64,000 nt of DNA from Felis catus. Its lineage: Eukaryota. Shown here in pieces: positions 39,358 to 51,500 of the stretch. Each line of letters opens with the position of its first letter. The first letter of the stretch is position 1. The notes under the pieces are model-generated. The model ran no database searches. It saw nothing but the letters and a program-made list of their open reading frames with translations, and was not told the DNA's origin. Location of the stretch: positions 93,250,001 through 93,314,000 of the forward strand of contig NC_058368.1 in NCBI RefSeq assembly GCF_018350175.1, given 5' to 3'. A program made the translations under genes and the position numbers.

Positions 39358-39397
<40 letters not shown>

Positions 39398-39764
39398 TTT
39401 TGAGAGAGACAGAGTATGAGCAGTAGAGGAGAGAGAGAATCTTAAGCAGGGTGCACATCCAGCATGGTGCTAGGCACGGGACTCAATCTTACAACCGTGA
39501 GAACATGACCTGAGCCAAAATCAAGAGTCAGATGCTTAACCGACTGAGCTACCCAGGTGCCCCAGCAATAAAGTATTTTTTAATTCATGTATATATGCTG
39601 TTTTCTAGACATAATGCTATTGCACTCTCATGCTACAATATAGTATATACATAAGTTTTACATGCACTGGGAAACCAAAAAATTCATTTGGCTCACTTTA
39701 TTGCAACATTTGCTTTATTGTGGTGGTCTAGGACTAAACCTGCAGTATCTCCGAGGTATGCCTG
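39052..39764 (+). mobile_element. Tigger1-derived non-autonomous element
   Basis: TA TSDs and TIRs CGGGCAAACCTC / GAGGTATGCCTG. Interrupted by a SINE. Confidence 0.88.
39338..39563 (-). mobile_element. CanSINE with a (TTTA)n tail, nested in Tigger1
   Basis: Reverse head CCCAGGTGCCCC and a degenerate TSD AGCAAnAnAGTATTTT. Confidence 0.93.
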
Positions 39765-40237
39765 TATTTACAAAATTCACTGTATGGCAGAGGAAAGGAT
39801 GAACTGGCAATCCATAACGTGTCAATTTCACAAACATAATGTAGAGCATAAGAAGCCAATCACAAAACAGGACATGATTCTATTAATATAAAGTTCAAAA
39901 ATAAGCAAAACTAATCAAGTTCAATAGTTGTCAGAATAGTGAATAGTTTTGGAGGGGATATTCATTGTGATGATGCACAAAGGAGGCTTCTGGAGTCCTG
40001 GTAAAAGTCTGCACCTTGATTAGGTGGCAAATACATGGGTATGTTCCCCTACTGAACACGGATTGAGGTAGACAGGATTGTTTTATGTGTACAGCATTAG
40101 GTATCACTTGCGATTTCTCACTGCTCTATGTGATTCAATCAAAAAATTTACAAAAAAAAAAAAAAATCCCAGCAAGCACTAGAAAATGATCATCAACTTC
40201 TGGATACTGGTGTGTTGAATAAAAGGAAGATGGGGAA

Positions 40238-40433
40238 GGGTGCCTGGGTGGCTCAGTCAGTTGGGCATCAGACTCTTGATTTCAGCTCAGGCCATGATCT
40301 CATGGTTTGTGAGTTTGAGTCCCAGGAATCTCTCTCCCTCTCTCTCTCTCTCTCTGCCCCTACCCAATTCATACTCTCTCTGTCTCTCCCTCAAAATAAA
40401 TAAATAAGGTTAAAATAAAACAAACAAAAAAAA
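40238..40433 (+). mobile_element. CanSINE with an internal deletion
   Basis: GGGTGCCTGGGTGGCTCAG head, CT tract and A-rich tail. Confidence 0.92.
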
Positions 40434-42022
40434 GAGGATGGTAAGTGGTACCAAAGGGCTTCTCCTGAATCTGTGATGCTTCATTCATTTTAAATTACAC
40501 TGAAATAAACAGGACAAAATGGTAAAAGTTGATGGAGGCAGGGAATGGGCAAACAGTTTATTGTTTTACCTGTACTTTTCTCTTTCAAATGTTTCATACT
40601 TAAAACAACAACAGCAACAACAATAAGAGTTATCTGAAGCTAAGATCTGATCCACCAAGAGGACAATACAACCCACACAATCATCAACACCTCCCGTGAA
40701 ATGTTATAAAGCCCCGCCTTCTCTGGGAGACTTTTTACCATGGTTCCCTGCCAAAACAAAAGAGGATATTTGCAACAAGCCCTTCAATTCTGCTTGAGAA
40801 CTTCATGCAAAATGAGGAGAGTTTGTCTTAGCTTTCCTTTAGTATTACAGGTTTTGAAACTGAAGCTTCAGAAAAAATATCCTGCCCGTCTGCGTCTCCA
40901 TCAAGGTCTGATGTTCCTCGAAAAACAAATTACAAGGGGTTCTGTTCACTTCTCACTGATCCCAAATCATAGAAAAGATAATAAATAAGATTAACTTCCC
41001 ACTTTCAAGGGCTTCTGTGTGACAGACCTTCAAATGCAGACACCAAGTTAGAACAGTTGATTTTCACTTTTCCGTTCACCTTTTAAGCTCAATTTTATAA
41101 GAAACTACCAGAAATACTAGGGCTTCTCATTACCCTTCTGTTAGCTTTCTGCTCACCTCCATTTAAGAAATGGCTTCCTCTTTTATATCAAACACAGACT
41201 GACCGGAAATCCTCTGCCCTTCTCTGCGTCCTCCTGGAGAATGGAAGATCATTCATGATACAGGACAGAATCAACTGACAGCTTTCAATAGATACAGACC
41301 ATACATCCAGCCTGTGTCGGGTTCCACAATGACACTCTCTGTAAACCTGTCCCTGACCTCCACTGATTCCAATTCTCTCCTAGCTCTAGTCTCCAATAAG
41401 AATAGGGGGCCAGAAAGGACATCAAAGATGGATTCAAGGGGACATGTAGGCAAAGAGCTACATGCAAAGACAGTGGCAGGGATGATATAGTGAAAACAGC
41501 AATGAGCTTACAAGCCAGAAGCTCTGTGTTCAAACTCTGACTTGCTGGGCTGAGCAACCATGAATAGGTCTTAACCTTTGAATCATGAACATCTTAACCT
41601 TTCTGAGTCCCTTTTCTCTCTGCACAATGAGCAAGGCAATATGTCACTTTCATGCAAGAGTTTTATGCTGTGAAAAGTTGGGAATATTACACAGGCATAA
41701 GGCAGTGAAAGAAAATGCCTTTTGTTGGCTCACCTATTAGCCCAAAGCCTTGAACGCACTACTATGTCTTTGATTTTATTCTTTTCCCTATATGCTCATT
41801 AGTCATTGCATGTGGGTTTCATCTCTTCCATTTCTTTTCCCATTTTCTCAACAGGCTGTTTAATATCCTTATAACACACTATGACATGTCCAGGTTATTT
41901 GAATCTTTCCACTTCTGGACTTCTCAGTTTTGGTGTCTGGCTAAATTTTGGTTGAAGTGAATATGCGCCATTCATAAGCAGATCACCAGGGGACAGGCAC
42001 CTTTCAAAAGACAAGTTAACCA

Positions 42023-42178
42023 GGGTGCCTAGGTGGCTCAGTTGGTTAAGTGTCCGACTCTTGATTTGGGCTCAGGTCATGATCTCATGGTCATGTGATT
42101 GAGCCCTGAGTTGGGCTCCGTGCTGGGTGTGGAGCCTGCTTGGGATTCTCCCTTTCCCTCTATCTCTGCATCTCCCGA

Positions 42179-42230
<52 letters not shown>

Positions 42231-42251
42231 AAAAAAAAAAAAAAAAAAAAA
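42023..42251 (+). mobile_element. CanSINE with long (CT)n and poly-A
   Basis: TSD AAAAGAC(A/C)AGTTAACCA at 42006-42022 and 42252-42268. Confidence 0.96.
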
Positions 42252-44763
42252 AAAAGACCAGTTAACCAGATATTACTGAGTCATACCATTCATCAGGATG
42301 GTGTTAGAGCCAAAGTTTTGAACAGAGGTGTCTGTGAGTCCTAAGTAAGGAAATACTTCCAAGCCTTAAGGCTATGCCACAGCCTATGCCAGACTACAAG
42401 CTTTGTAACCACACTGCAATAAAACTGACCAACTTTATTAGCTTCTCCTTCCATGACAACACAGCACTTGCAATCAGCAGGTTGATATTTCCTGTTTCAT
42501 CTCATTTGGAGGGATTTACATGTTTAAAAATGTGTATCTATTTGAAAGGCACCCCATCTTCTATTTCTACTGATTTTCAGCTCAAACTTCCTTTCCTACA
42601 AGGTAGAAATGTGAGTGCCCATTGCTTAGTTCTCTTTTCACTCTTTTACACAATTCTTACGAAGGGAAGAAGAGTCACTAATATGATGTTTCAGAGCATC
42701 CCCTTTGACTGGCAGGCATGGTCACTACACTTTGGCTATTCTGTCTCCTTCTGTCCTCCTTTATGAAGCAAGGGTTTAGTCCTAATCAGTATATTTGGAC
42801 AAATAACTCAGTTCAGGCCAACACCACAGACCAGGTTGTCTTCAATTCAGCAGAGGAGAAAAGAGGATATTTGAATTCACAGCCTCTATCCTTTGCCTTG
42901 TCTCCAGCCCAGTTTTACCAAACATCCCTGCATTTAGAGTTATAGGTTACTTGTTTTCCATTAGTCTAGAACTCTGTATATATTCTCATTAGACAGACCT
43001 CTAAAAGGGCAGATTTACAGCCTCAAATTAGAGTCAATTTAAGTATCTTCTTGGAGATGAAAAGTCAGACTCGTGCAGCATACACTGCTAGATCAATCCC
43101 ACCTTGCACTGGGCAATGTTCTCAGATAATGCAACAATGGAATTTCATAAAATTTAGATGTCCTCTAGAAGCATCTCTTGCATAAAAAGTTAAGGCCAAA
43201 GTTCAGTTAGCATGAGCAGACTCTTCTTACCATTGTCACAGCCTGTAGCTGGATATGATCGGTCTTCCCTAGCAGCCTACACTCTCCCACTTTGAGGAAA
43301 TGTGGGAATACAGTGAGACTGTTAACAGTTTGGGTCTGAACCCAGAATCACCACAAGACAGAATTCAATATCAGGCTACAGCTGAGGGTCAGAAATCAGG
43401 TAAGAGGCATGATCAGCCAGCTTGGGATAACCTCTGGTCTACCACCAAACATTAAAGGGTTTGTCAATGTCAAACACTCAGGGCAATGGAAGCAAACACT
43501 CAGTGAGCATGATGATAGTGCATGGAAACCATAGTCACAGGGGTCTCTGACTCTTGCCCTGGAAAGAAGTCTCAAAAAGGAATCCTGGGTCTGAAGTCAC
43601 GATGATTACCATCGAGTGACACCCAAACATTCTAGGTGGCAAGACAGACCATGAAAACATTTTCTTGACATTTTGCTATAGAGCAGGATATTTGAAAAAG
43701 ACAATGAGAAATAAACATGTGTTAAAGGATTCTTTACTCTCCCCCTCTCCATATGGAAAAAGAACTGATTTCCATACAAGGTGTTCATCCGATATTCTGG
43801 CAGGATATCACTTCTACTGTTGTCTTAGTTCAAGAGATAATAGATAACATCTGCACTTCCTTCATGCAAATGTGTGGCTGAGTTTTCAGCAATAACTCTC
43901 CACATGCCATCAAGTCTCCTGTTACGAACGAGCAGCACCCGCAGAATCTCCTAAGCAATATGGATCCCTAGAGAAGTTTTTTTCCTCCTTCTTTTGGAAG
44001 TGAAGGGAGAACTTGCAATGGTCAAAGATGTTTTAAAAAGCAAAATAACACACCCCTCCTGGAGATTCCCAAGGCATGTGACTACACCAAAGACTCTGAA
44101 AGATCCAGCAAGAAAAAAAAAAACAAAACAAAATCCTATAATTAACATTTTTTCACTTAATAGTTGCCCCAACCCGAATGCCCATACATATTTCTTTTCC
44201 ATGTAACAGCTATAAACATCCCATATCACAGAAGTGACATTCAAAAGGGCATATACTGGAAAATTTTCTCAGAGCTTTACAGGCACAAGGAATTTGGAGG
44301 CAGGTATAGATGACCTCTCACGTCTTATCCAAATGCTAATGGAAAGGGAAGGGAAGAGGGATGAAGTAAATCTCCTACAGACACATTTGAGTGGTTCCAT
44401 TTTATTGCTACCATGTATGAATTACTACAGTTATGGCTGAGGAGCCAAACATAGCAGAAACCAGTAGGCTGCAGCATTATTATACCTAGCTGAAGGAGGC
44501 TGCACTGATTTATAATAGTTTGTATTCTGAACCCCAGCCATACAACAGAACAAATCCTTTTCACATCTCTCAGATCCAATGGAAAGACAGGACATGCTTG
44601 AAACTGACCTTGGCAGCAGCCCTTTCCTAGAGGATCACTGGCCCAGATTCCCCTTGGCTGAACCCCTCTGGACCCTGGGTTTGAAAGACCTGTGTTTCAG
44701 TTCGGGCAAAGGGTAAGCAAAGAAGTGAAAAGTGTAAGGAAGGAATCAGGGAAGATCAACTCT

Positions 44764-45229
44764 TGTTTTAGCTAGCTATCACTATATTAAAAACCACCCC
44801 AGCACTCAGGTATAAGCCAATTATTTATTATTGTTTCTAATTTTGTGAGTTGGCTGATCTTAGCTATGAAATTCTTTTGTGCAGCTGAAGCCATTTATGT
44901 GGCTGTGTTCAACTGAGGGTTCCCCTGAGGCTGGAATATTTAAGGGACATCGTTATCCTGGTCTCTCATGCCATTACAGAGTCTAGCCTGGACTTACTTA
45001 CAACAGGGCACTGGGACCCCAAGAGAAGGGGAGTTGAGCTTCCAATTCTCTTATGGCTTCAGCTGAGAAATCCCAGAACATCACTTGGGATGCATTCTAT
45101 TGGAAAAGGCAAGTCCCAAGGCCAGCCTAGATTCAAAGGTCCAAACTTCACCTCTTGCTGGGAGGGAAGCATCCACACAGAGAGACAGGAGGGCTGCAGA
45201 TGGTTATTTCTGGAGAACCATCTACCACA
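44764..45229 (-). mobile_element. Old MLT1 (H-like) solo LTR
   Basis: TGT start; CATTCTATTGG...AAGGCCAGCCTAGATTCAA; ends CATCTACCACA. Confidence 0.7.
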
Positions 45230-45473
45230 ATATCCAGTGATACACATTCCCCAACTTGAGTTGGTGGTAAACAGAAAAAAAGTCATCATTCCTGGAAAAG
45301 AGGGTGCTATGAGAACAAATCCTAAAGTTGGTCCTTTTTTATCTAGATCTATATATTCATTTAGAAAAACAAAAGCAAAGCATGACTATGGACTCCTACT
45401 GGACTCCAGTTGGCACAAATTAAATGAGCACCTAACTTGTTCTACTCTCTCACTTTCAAAAGTTAACTTACTT

Positions 45474-45692
45474 TTTTTAAATTTTTTTTAACGTTTGTTT
45501 ATTTTTGAGACAGAGAGAGACAGAGCATGAATGGAGGAGGGTCAGAGAGAGAGGGAGACACAGAATTCGAAACAGGCTCCAGGCTCTGAGCTGTCAGCAC
45601 AGAGCCTGACGCGGGGCTTGAACTCACCGACTGCGAGATCATGACCTGAGCCAAAGTTGGACATTTAACTGACTGAGCCACCCAGGTGCCCC
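45474..45692 (-). mobile_element. CanSINE (SINEC_Fc-like, young)
   Basis: Near-consensus sequence retaining CpGs, with GTTAACT on both flanks. Confidence 0.96.
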
Positions 45693-46702
45693 AGGTTAAC
45701 TCTTTTTAGATGACTGCAATAATTTATTCTGGATTAACATTAATTGCTTTTATGGACAAATTGTATTCCTTGGCTACTTGGTTAATAACCAAGTACATGA
45801 AACTTCTAATTCGGTTCATGTTTTCATTCCTCACTTGCCTTCCTTCCCAAGGACTAAGCAAGTTTTCTCCTTGTCAACAATCCAACTTGCCTCTGAGGCT
45901 GGACGTAGCCATGACCAGAGGCGAAGAGCTATTTATTTAACACTATTATCACCTTCTCTTAAAGGAACCAGCTCTTCGTTTTGCCTCATTCACCATTTGA
46001 AGCATAAGGGAAAGATGAGTGGGCTGGGCAGCTGCCTACGTGGTACATTCTGAGGGACGCTAAGAAGGCGCCCTGCCCAAAAATAATCTTCGCAGCTGCC
46101 ATGACATGATGCCTCAGATTCCACCACAGAGATCCATTTCATTCATTTATGGTGCTGACTCTCCTGGAATACAAGGACAGAATGCAAAGACCCCAGGATA
46201 TGGGAACACATGGGGTCCACCATCATCGATCAGCTTCCCAACCTAGGGTCAATGACTGAGCCAGGGATTTTGAACAGTAAGAAAAAACCAAGCAGGTCTG
46301 GGGATCTGTAAGGGCCATAAAGGTGGGTGTATCATCAGTAGACAGGTTGTATGTTCCTGAAGGTAGGAATACCCCAAGGGTAGAGATGGATGAAGAAATA
46401 AGAAACATCTCCCCCATTTCATGATGTCCTGAAGTTGTATGTGGGAGGGAAAGAGAAGGCATGGTGGACAGAGAGAAAGAAAAGCAAAAGACTACATTTG
46501 GAGTACCTTCTTCCCCAACATACCTTTTGGACATCTTTTATATTAATATTTTTTATATCATGATTGTTAAGACAATACTGAAAAGACATTAAGGAATCAG
46601 TGTGGATAACAAAAAGAACTCAAAGAAGAAATTTTGCGTTAAGTTTTACCCACTCATGAAAGGTACAGAGAAGATTGTAAACCAAAAATAGCTACTACCT
46701 AT

Positions 46703-46997
46703 ATAGCTGATCCTTAAACAATGTAGGAGTTATGGGTGTGACTCCCACGTGGTCACATATCTGTACAGAAATTTTGACTCCTCAAAAACTTCATTGCTAA
46801 TAATCTACTGGTAACCAGAAGCATCCCCAATAATACATACAGTCTATTAACACACATTTTGTATGTTATATACATTATATACTGTATTACAATAAAGCTA
46901 GAGAAAAGAAAATGTTAAGAAAATCATAAGGAGAAGAAAATATATTTAGAGTGCTATACCATATTTATCAAACCTGTGTTGTTCAAAGGCCAACTAT
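46703..46997 (-). mobile_element. Tigger2a/MER8-like MITE
   Basis: Reverse-complement similarity to 398-968; degenerate TIRs AGCTGATCCTTAAACAA / TTGTTCAAAGGCCAACT. Confidence 0.75.
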
Positions 46998-47004
46998 ATT
47001 TTAT

Positions 47005-47230
47005 TTTTTATTATGTTCTGAGAACTTTACATATATGAGTTCATTGGTCATCATAAAAGTCCTGTGATGTAGGGGCTCTTATTATCCCCATTGTAGAGAT
47101 GGGGAAACTGAGGACAGGAAAGTAAGATGACTTGTGCAGGGTCTCATGACTAGTAAATGGGAAAGCCAGAATTTGAACCCAGGTCGTCTGAATACTAGAA
47201 CTCCGAGTTTCTATCCTTTATCACTACGCT
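47005..47230 (-). mobile_element. MIR
   Basis: TTATTATCCCCATTGTAGAGATGGGGAAACTGAGG...GAATTTGAACCCAGGTC. Confidence 0.88.
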
Positions 47231-48287
47231 GGGATGTTGGCCAGAGACCATCATGTACCCAAGAGTTTATCCACAGAACATGCTAAAACAGTAAGGAACT
47301 GTTTCAGTACTGGCCTCTAAGAAAGGAATTTCTGACATTTGTTATTTTTTACTGAATTACTACTAGCATTGTTAGAATTTTTATTGTATGTGCTTTACAT
47401 TTAAAAGTAAAACGCAGTATTAAAATAATGTGTTTCCTTCCAAAATAACATATGGAAATTATTTTTCTGACATTTACTCATAGTGACTCAGAATTTATGG
47501 TCAGTCAAGGAGTAATGAAAAACTGCTGGAAAAATAAATCTCTATCTCTGAGATGTATTCATTTCTTTCCTGATTTTCATAAAACCAAAGCTTGTGTCAC
47601 AAAGTCAAACTGCCTAAAGCCTGGGCATACTGAACACACCCTGGGCACCTCAGAAGATGGCATTCTGACTGGTCTGACCCTGCAAGGAGTCAGGTGGCCT
47701 CTCTGTGAGACCATACACCACTGGAGAATCTGAGGGCCAGCACTGAGAAAATACCTGTCCCTATTTCTTGCTAGAGATGATCTTAATCTTCACTTATTCA
47801 TGTTCTCTACTTCTCTTCTTCCTTTCACCCCTCGATCAACCTCAAACACATAATCCGCTTCTTCACATGGTGAAGGCATGGAGGGAACCATTTTGGTAAG
47901 GTGGGAAAAGAGCTCAAAAATGCAAGTGAAATCACTTTCACCATTACAGATCTAGCCACTTAGACTAATTTAATACAAATCCAAGTTAAGGTATAGTCAG
48001 AGAAGACAAGAGTATGGCACATGTACTATCATCAATCTCTCTCAGTATACTGTTAATGCCGGAAAGCACTAAGTCAGAAAATGAGGAGGCTTGTTTACTC
48101 AGAGGGAACTGTAGTATTCAGTATTTAAAATCCAGCAAGAGAACTTCCTGCCCTACAATATGGCTTTGAGTTCATTGAAGTGAATCACATACTTGGAATG
48201 AGAAATGTACTTTCCAGAAGGTAATGCTAAATATACAATTTATCCAGCGGAAGCAAAAGCATCTCTATTTCCTGTAGAGTCTCCCCC

Positions 48288-48510
48288 TGGTGTTCTCAAC
48301 CCAGCACAATAAATACCACGTTCCTCCCACTAAGAGACAATTGGAATTACATGAGAAACTTTCATCAGTGGTCACAATGATTGAGAGGCGCTGCTGGCAC
48401 TCAGTGAATGTCAGCCAGTGATGCTAAATGTCCTGCAATGTGCCAGTAAAGCAAGCTGCCAGGGGAGAATTTCCTAACCGAAGTAGCACCAAGAGCATCC
48501 CTATTGAATA
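48288..48510 (+). mobile_element. MER20-like hAT MITE
   Basis: GTTCTCAACC start and GATGCTAAATGTCCTGCAATG motif. Confidence 0.65.
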
Positions 48511-51500
48511 CTATTACATTAGACAGCTGCCATGTGCTCTCTTCAAAGATGTCAATCTCCAAACCCGCTATCTCCTTATCTAGAATGAACAGATTAACTC
48601 TGCACGATGGAAAGTCATGGTCTCCTCCTCATTTTTTAATTATGAAGAAAGACTGTAACTCAACACAACCCTGTTCCATTGAAAGGGATCAAAGGGATCA
48701 AAGGGATTACTTAAATAATATGTACATCTGGTGAATAGACAATACTAGGAGAAAATCCCACTTTAAGTACAAGTAAGATCTGTGGAATTCTGTGAGATAG
48801 AAGGACATCAAGTGGCTGGATTTGAAAAAGAGGTAGTGGATGTATGGCAAAGAATTGAGCCAAAGTATGCTATCACGTGCCTTTCCTGCCTTCCTCCCCT
48901 TTCTTCCCAAGAGTTAGAGTGACCACTATCTGTAGGCATTGTGTGAAGCACTGTACAACAATGGTGAGCAAAAAGTGACACAGTTTTTACTCTCATGGAG
49001 CATACATCCCACTGGGGGGGGGGGGGGGGGCGGTGAAGGGAAAACTAACATTAATAAAATAATAACACAAATAAACTAATGAAGAAGGACCAATGTGACC
49101 ATCAATGATTGCCAGCTGCTTTAGGCCTAGATACAAAGAGCCATCAGAGAAATACTATCTGTATCACACAGCTCCTGTGTTCCATCACCAGCAAGTTAAT
49201 TAGACCAGCCACAAAACTTTGAGAGACCCATTTTTTCCTGAGCATGCAAATACACATTGCTTTGGCTAGCAATATGGACTCTGAGTGGCTAGGAAAGAAC
49301 CCAGTAGATTTTTCAGAACAAACGATCAGGGCACGTGAACATGACTCATTTCAGCGCAGGGTGAGTCATCACGGATGAATGACCCTACTTCCAGACACAG
49401 TCTTGAGGACTCCCTCTCACAGAAAGGCCACATGCTATCAACAACCCAAGTGGTCTTAATATCCCTCAAGAAACTTTCAAGAGCAGTAATATCATTAAAA
49501 TAATTACACAAATGCTTCTAGAATGCAAACTCTGGGCTTTGTTCCCCATACAACCCGAGTACATAAAGATGAGTAAGAAGTAGCTCTTGCTGCCCTCAAG
49601 GGACTCTGATCAGAGAAGAAGGGATAATCTTACAATGTGCTAAGTGTCCCATGAACACAAGGACCAAATGTTGTGGGGAGGAGAGGAAGAATGGTTTACT
49701 TCTGCAGTGTGTTCTGAGATAACTCTGGCTCCAAAGGAGAATGGCTGGAGACAGAGAACTTGAGTCTCAGCCTTTTCTGATAGAGATCACTAATGGTGTT
49801 TGCTTTGGACAGACTATCCCCAAACCAAGAAGTGTGGCTTTATTATTGAGTCTGTATTCTCTATGATGTTTTTCATCCTAACCTGAATATCAAGTGCTAC
49901 TTGATATTAGCTGCATGAGGAGATGGGAGAATTCCCAGCATGCACATATGGGCAGCTGTGACTTTCTACACCTTATGAACACTGCCTGCCACTCCCAGAG
50001 ACTTTCACCTGAGCTGACAGTCTTCAGTGTAGCTGCTGCTATAGAGAGTGGGGAGGGCTCCCACCTTTCTCCCCTTCAACCCTGACTTTGCCCAGACAGG
50101 AGTGAGGGCTCCCAGCCAACCCATCAGCATTCAATCTGCTGACTCTGTTCCTTGAGGTCAAACTAACTAGAGCTTGTTGCCTCCCAAGGCTAGAGAAGCT
50201 GCTTGGTTTACTTTTCAGGATGGGTCTCCATCTGGAAGCAGTAGGAAGTCAAAGCAAAAACCTCATTGACCTGCGGGGGGAAATGCAAACAACTAAAGAG
50301 TCCACCGGGACAAGAGCAGGAAGAATTCCAGAGTTAAGCCCCCTCCCAGGAAACAGAAATTCAGGTAGTAAAAATAAAAAAGAGAAAAAAAATTACATTT
50401 TTTTGGACGCCTAGGCTTTGCCCTCACTCCCCCCACCTTCAGCACGTTATCTTAATATCTGCCATTCCTCTTTAGGGAAGCAAACTCAGATCTGGTTCTA
50501 CCAGGATAGACAAGTCCATAAGGATGCATGGAACATCGCTTAGGTAAGGCACAGTAAATTTCTCACTACTACGCCAAGCTGCATCAGCTCATCTGTGTCA
50601 GTCCAATTTTCCCACAACAATATCCTTCGAGGCTGAAAATGCCTCTTATGTTCAGTCCATTTCTTCCAGTTTTCATGAAAGGTATCAAACATGGGAGTGA
50701 GAACAATAACCATCCTTTCAAAAAACCAGTACAGCACACTGTGTCAAAGGATTTAGAGTTATTTACACACAACCTCTATGAAAATTTTGATGGTGCAGAT
50801 ATTTATGTGTGAAACTCACCCCCACTAACTTCTAAGAGAGCAGGAGGTGGATTTTAAGAAAAGACACATATTGAATAAGGCAGCTGAAATAGGAAATCAA
50901 AAAGTCGCAGTAAGGTATCTTGAAAGTCAGGCTAGAGGGGAGCATTATTAACCACCTATCTGAGATCAAGAAGGCAGCACCTGGAGTTCAGAGATTCCCT
51001 CTTCAACATGGCTTCTACCCAGGCTGCATTCCCAGATGATATCCTGGCTTTCGTCTGGGGACCCATGGCTGGTCAAAGTCCCTGCCAGCTCTTCTGGAGC
51101 AGCACAGGATGACTGACAAAGATGAAATGATTATCTAGGAGGAAAAGGGACAAAGTCCTCAAATCTTGGAGGTACAATTCACCACTCTGATGCCAGTATT
51201 TTAAAGGCTGTGGGACCATAGACAAATGTAGATCTGAGTATCAACCAGGCATAAGAGACTAATTTGGCCACTGCCTACTGTTACTCAGAGGAAATTATCT
51301 TTGATAAAGATGTGTGTCACATTCATAGGAAGAAGCATAAGGTATTGTCAACATTACCAATCAGCTGGTGTAAGGTTAATTGTGCTAGGATTCTGACTTA
51401 AGGGTTTATGAAAGGTATATTCCAAGAACTCACTTCTTCATGCTGTGAGGCAATGACTACCATGGTTAGAGAGCTGGAGTCATAAAGCAGAAACCCACAA

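Noticed and set aside
41271..41453. ORF with VEPDTGWMY, resembling a cadherin-repeat motif
   Set aside because: No following LDRE/DxNDN motifs and no convincing splice sites; likely chance.
1440..42022. Two SINE target sites both containing AAGACAAGTTA
   Set aside because: An 11-mer shared between A-rich endonuclease target sites; compatible with coincidence.
48682..48707. Short tandem duplications such as (AAAGGGATC)x3 here and similar ones near 30290 and 32790
   Set aside because: Ordinary replication-slippage microduplications.
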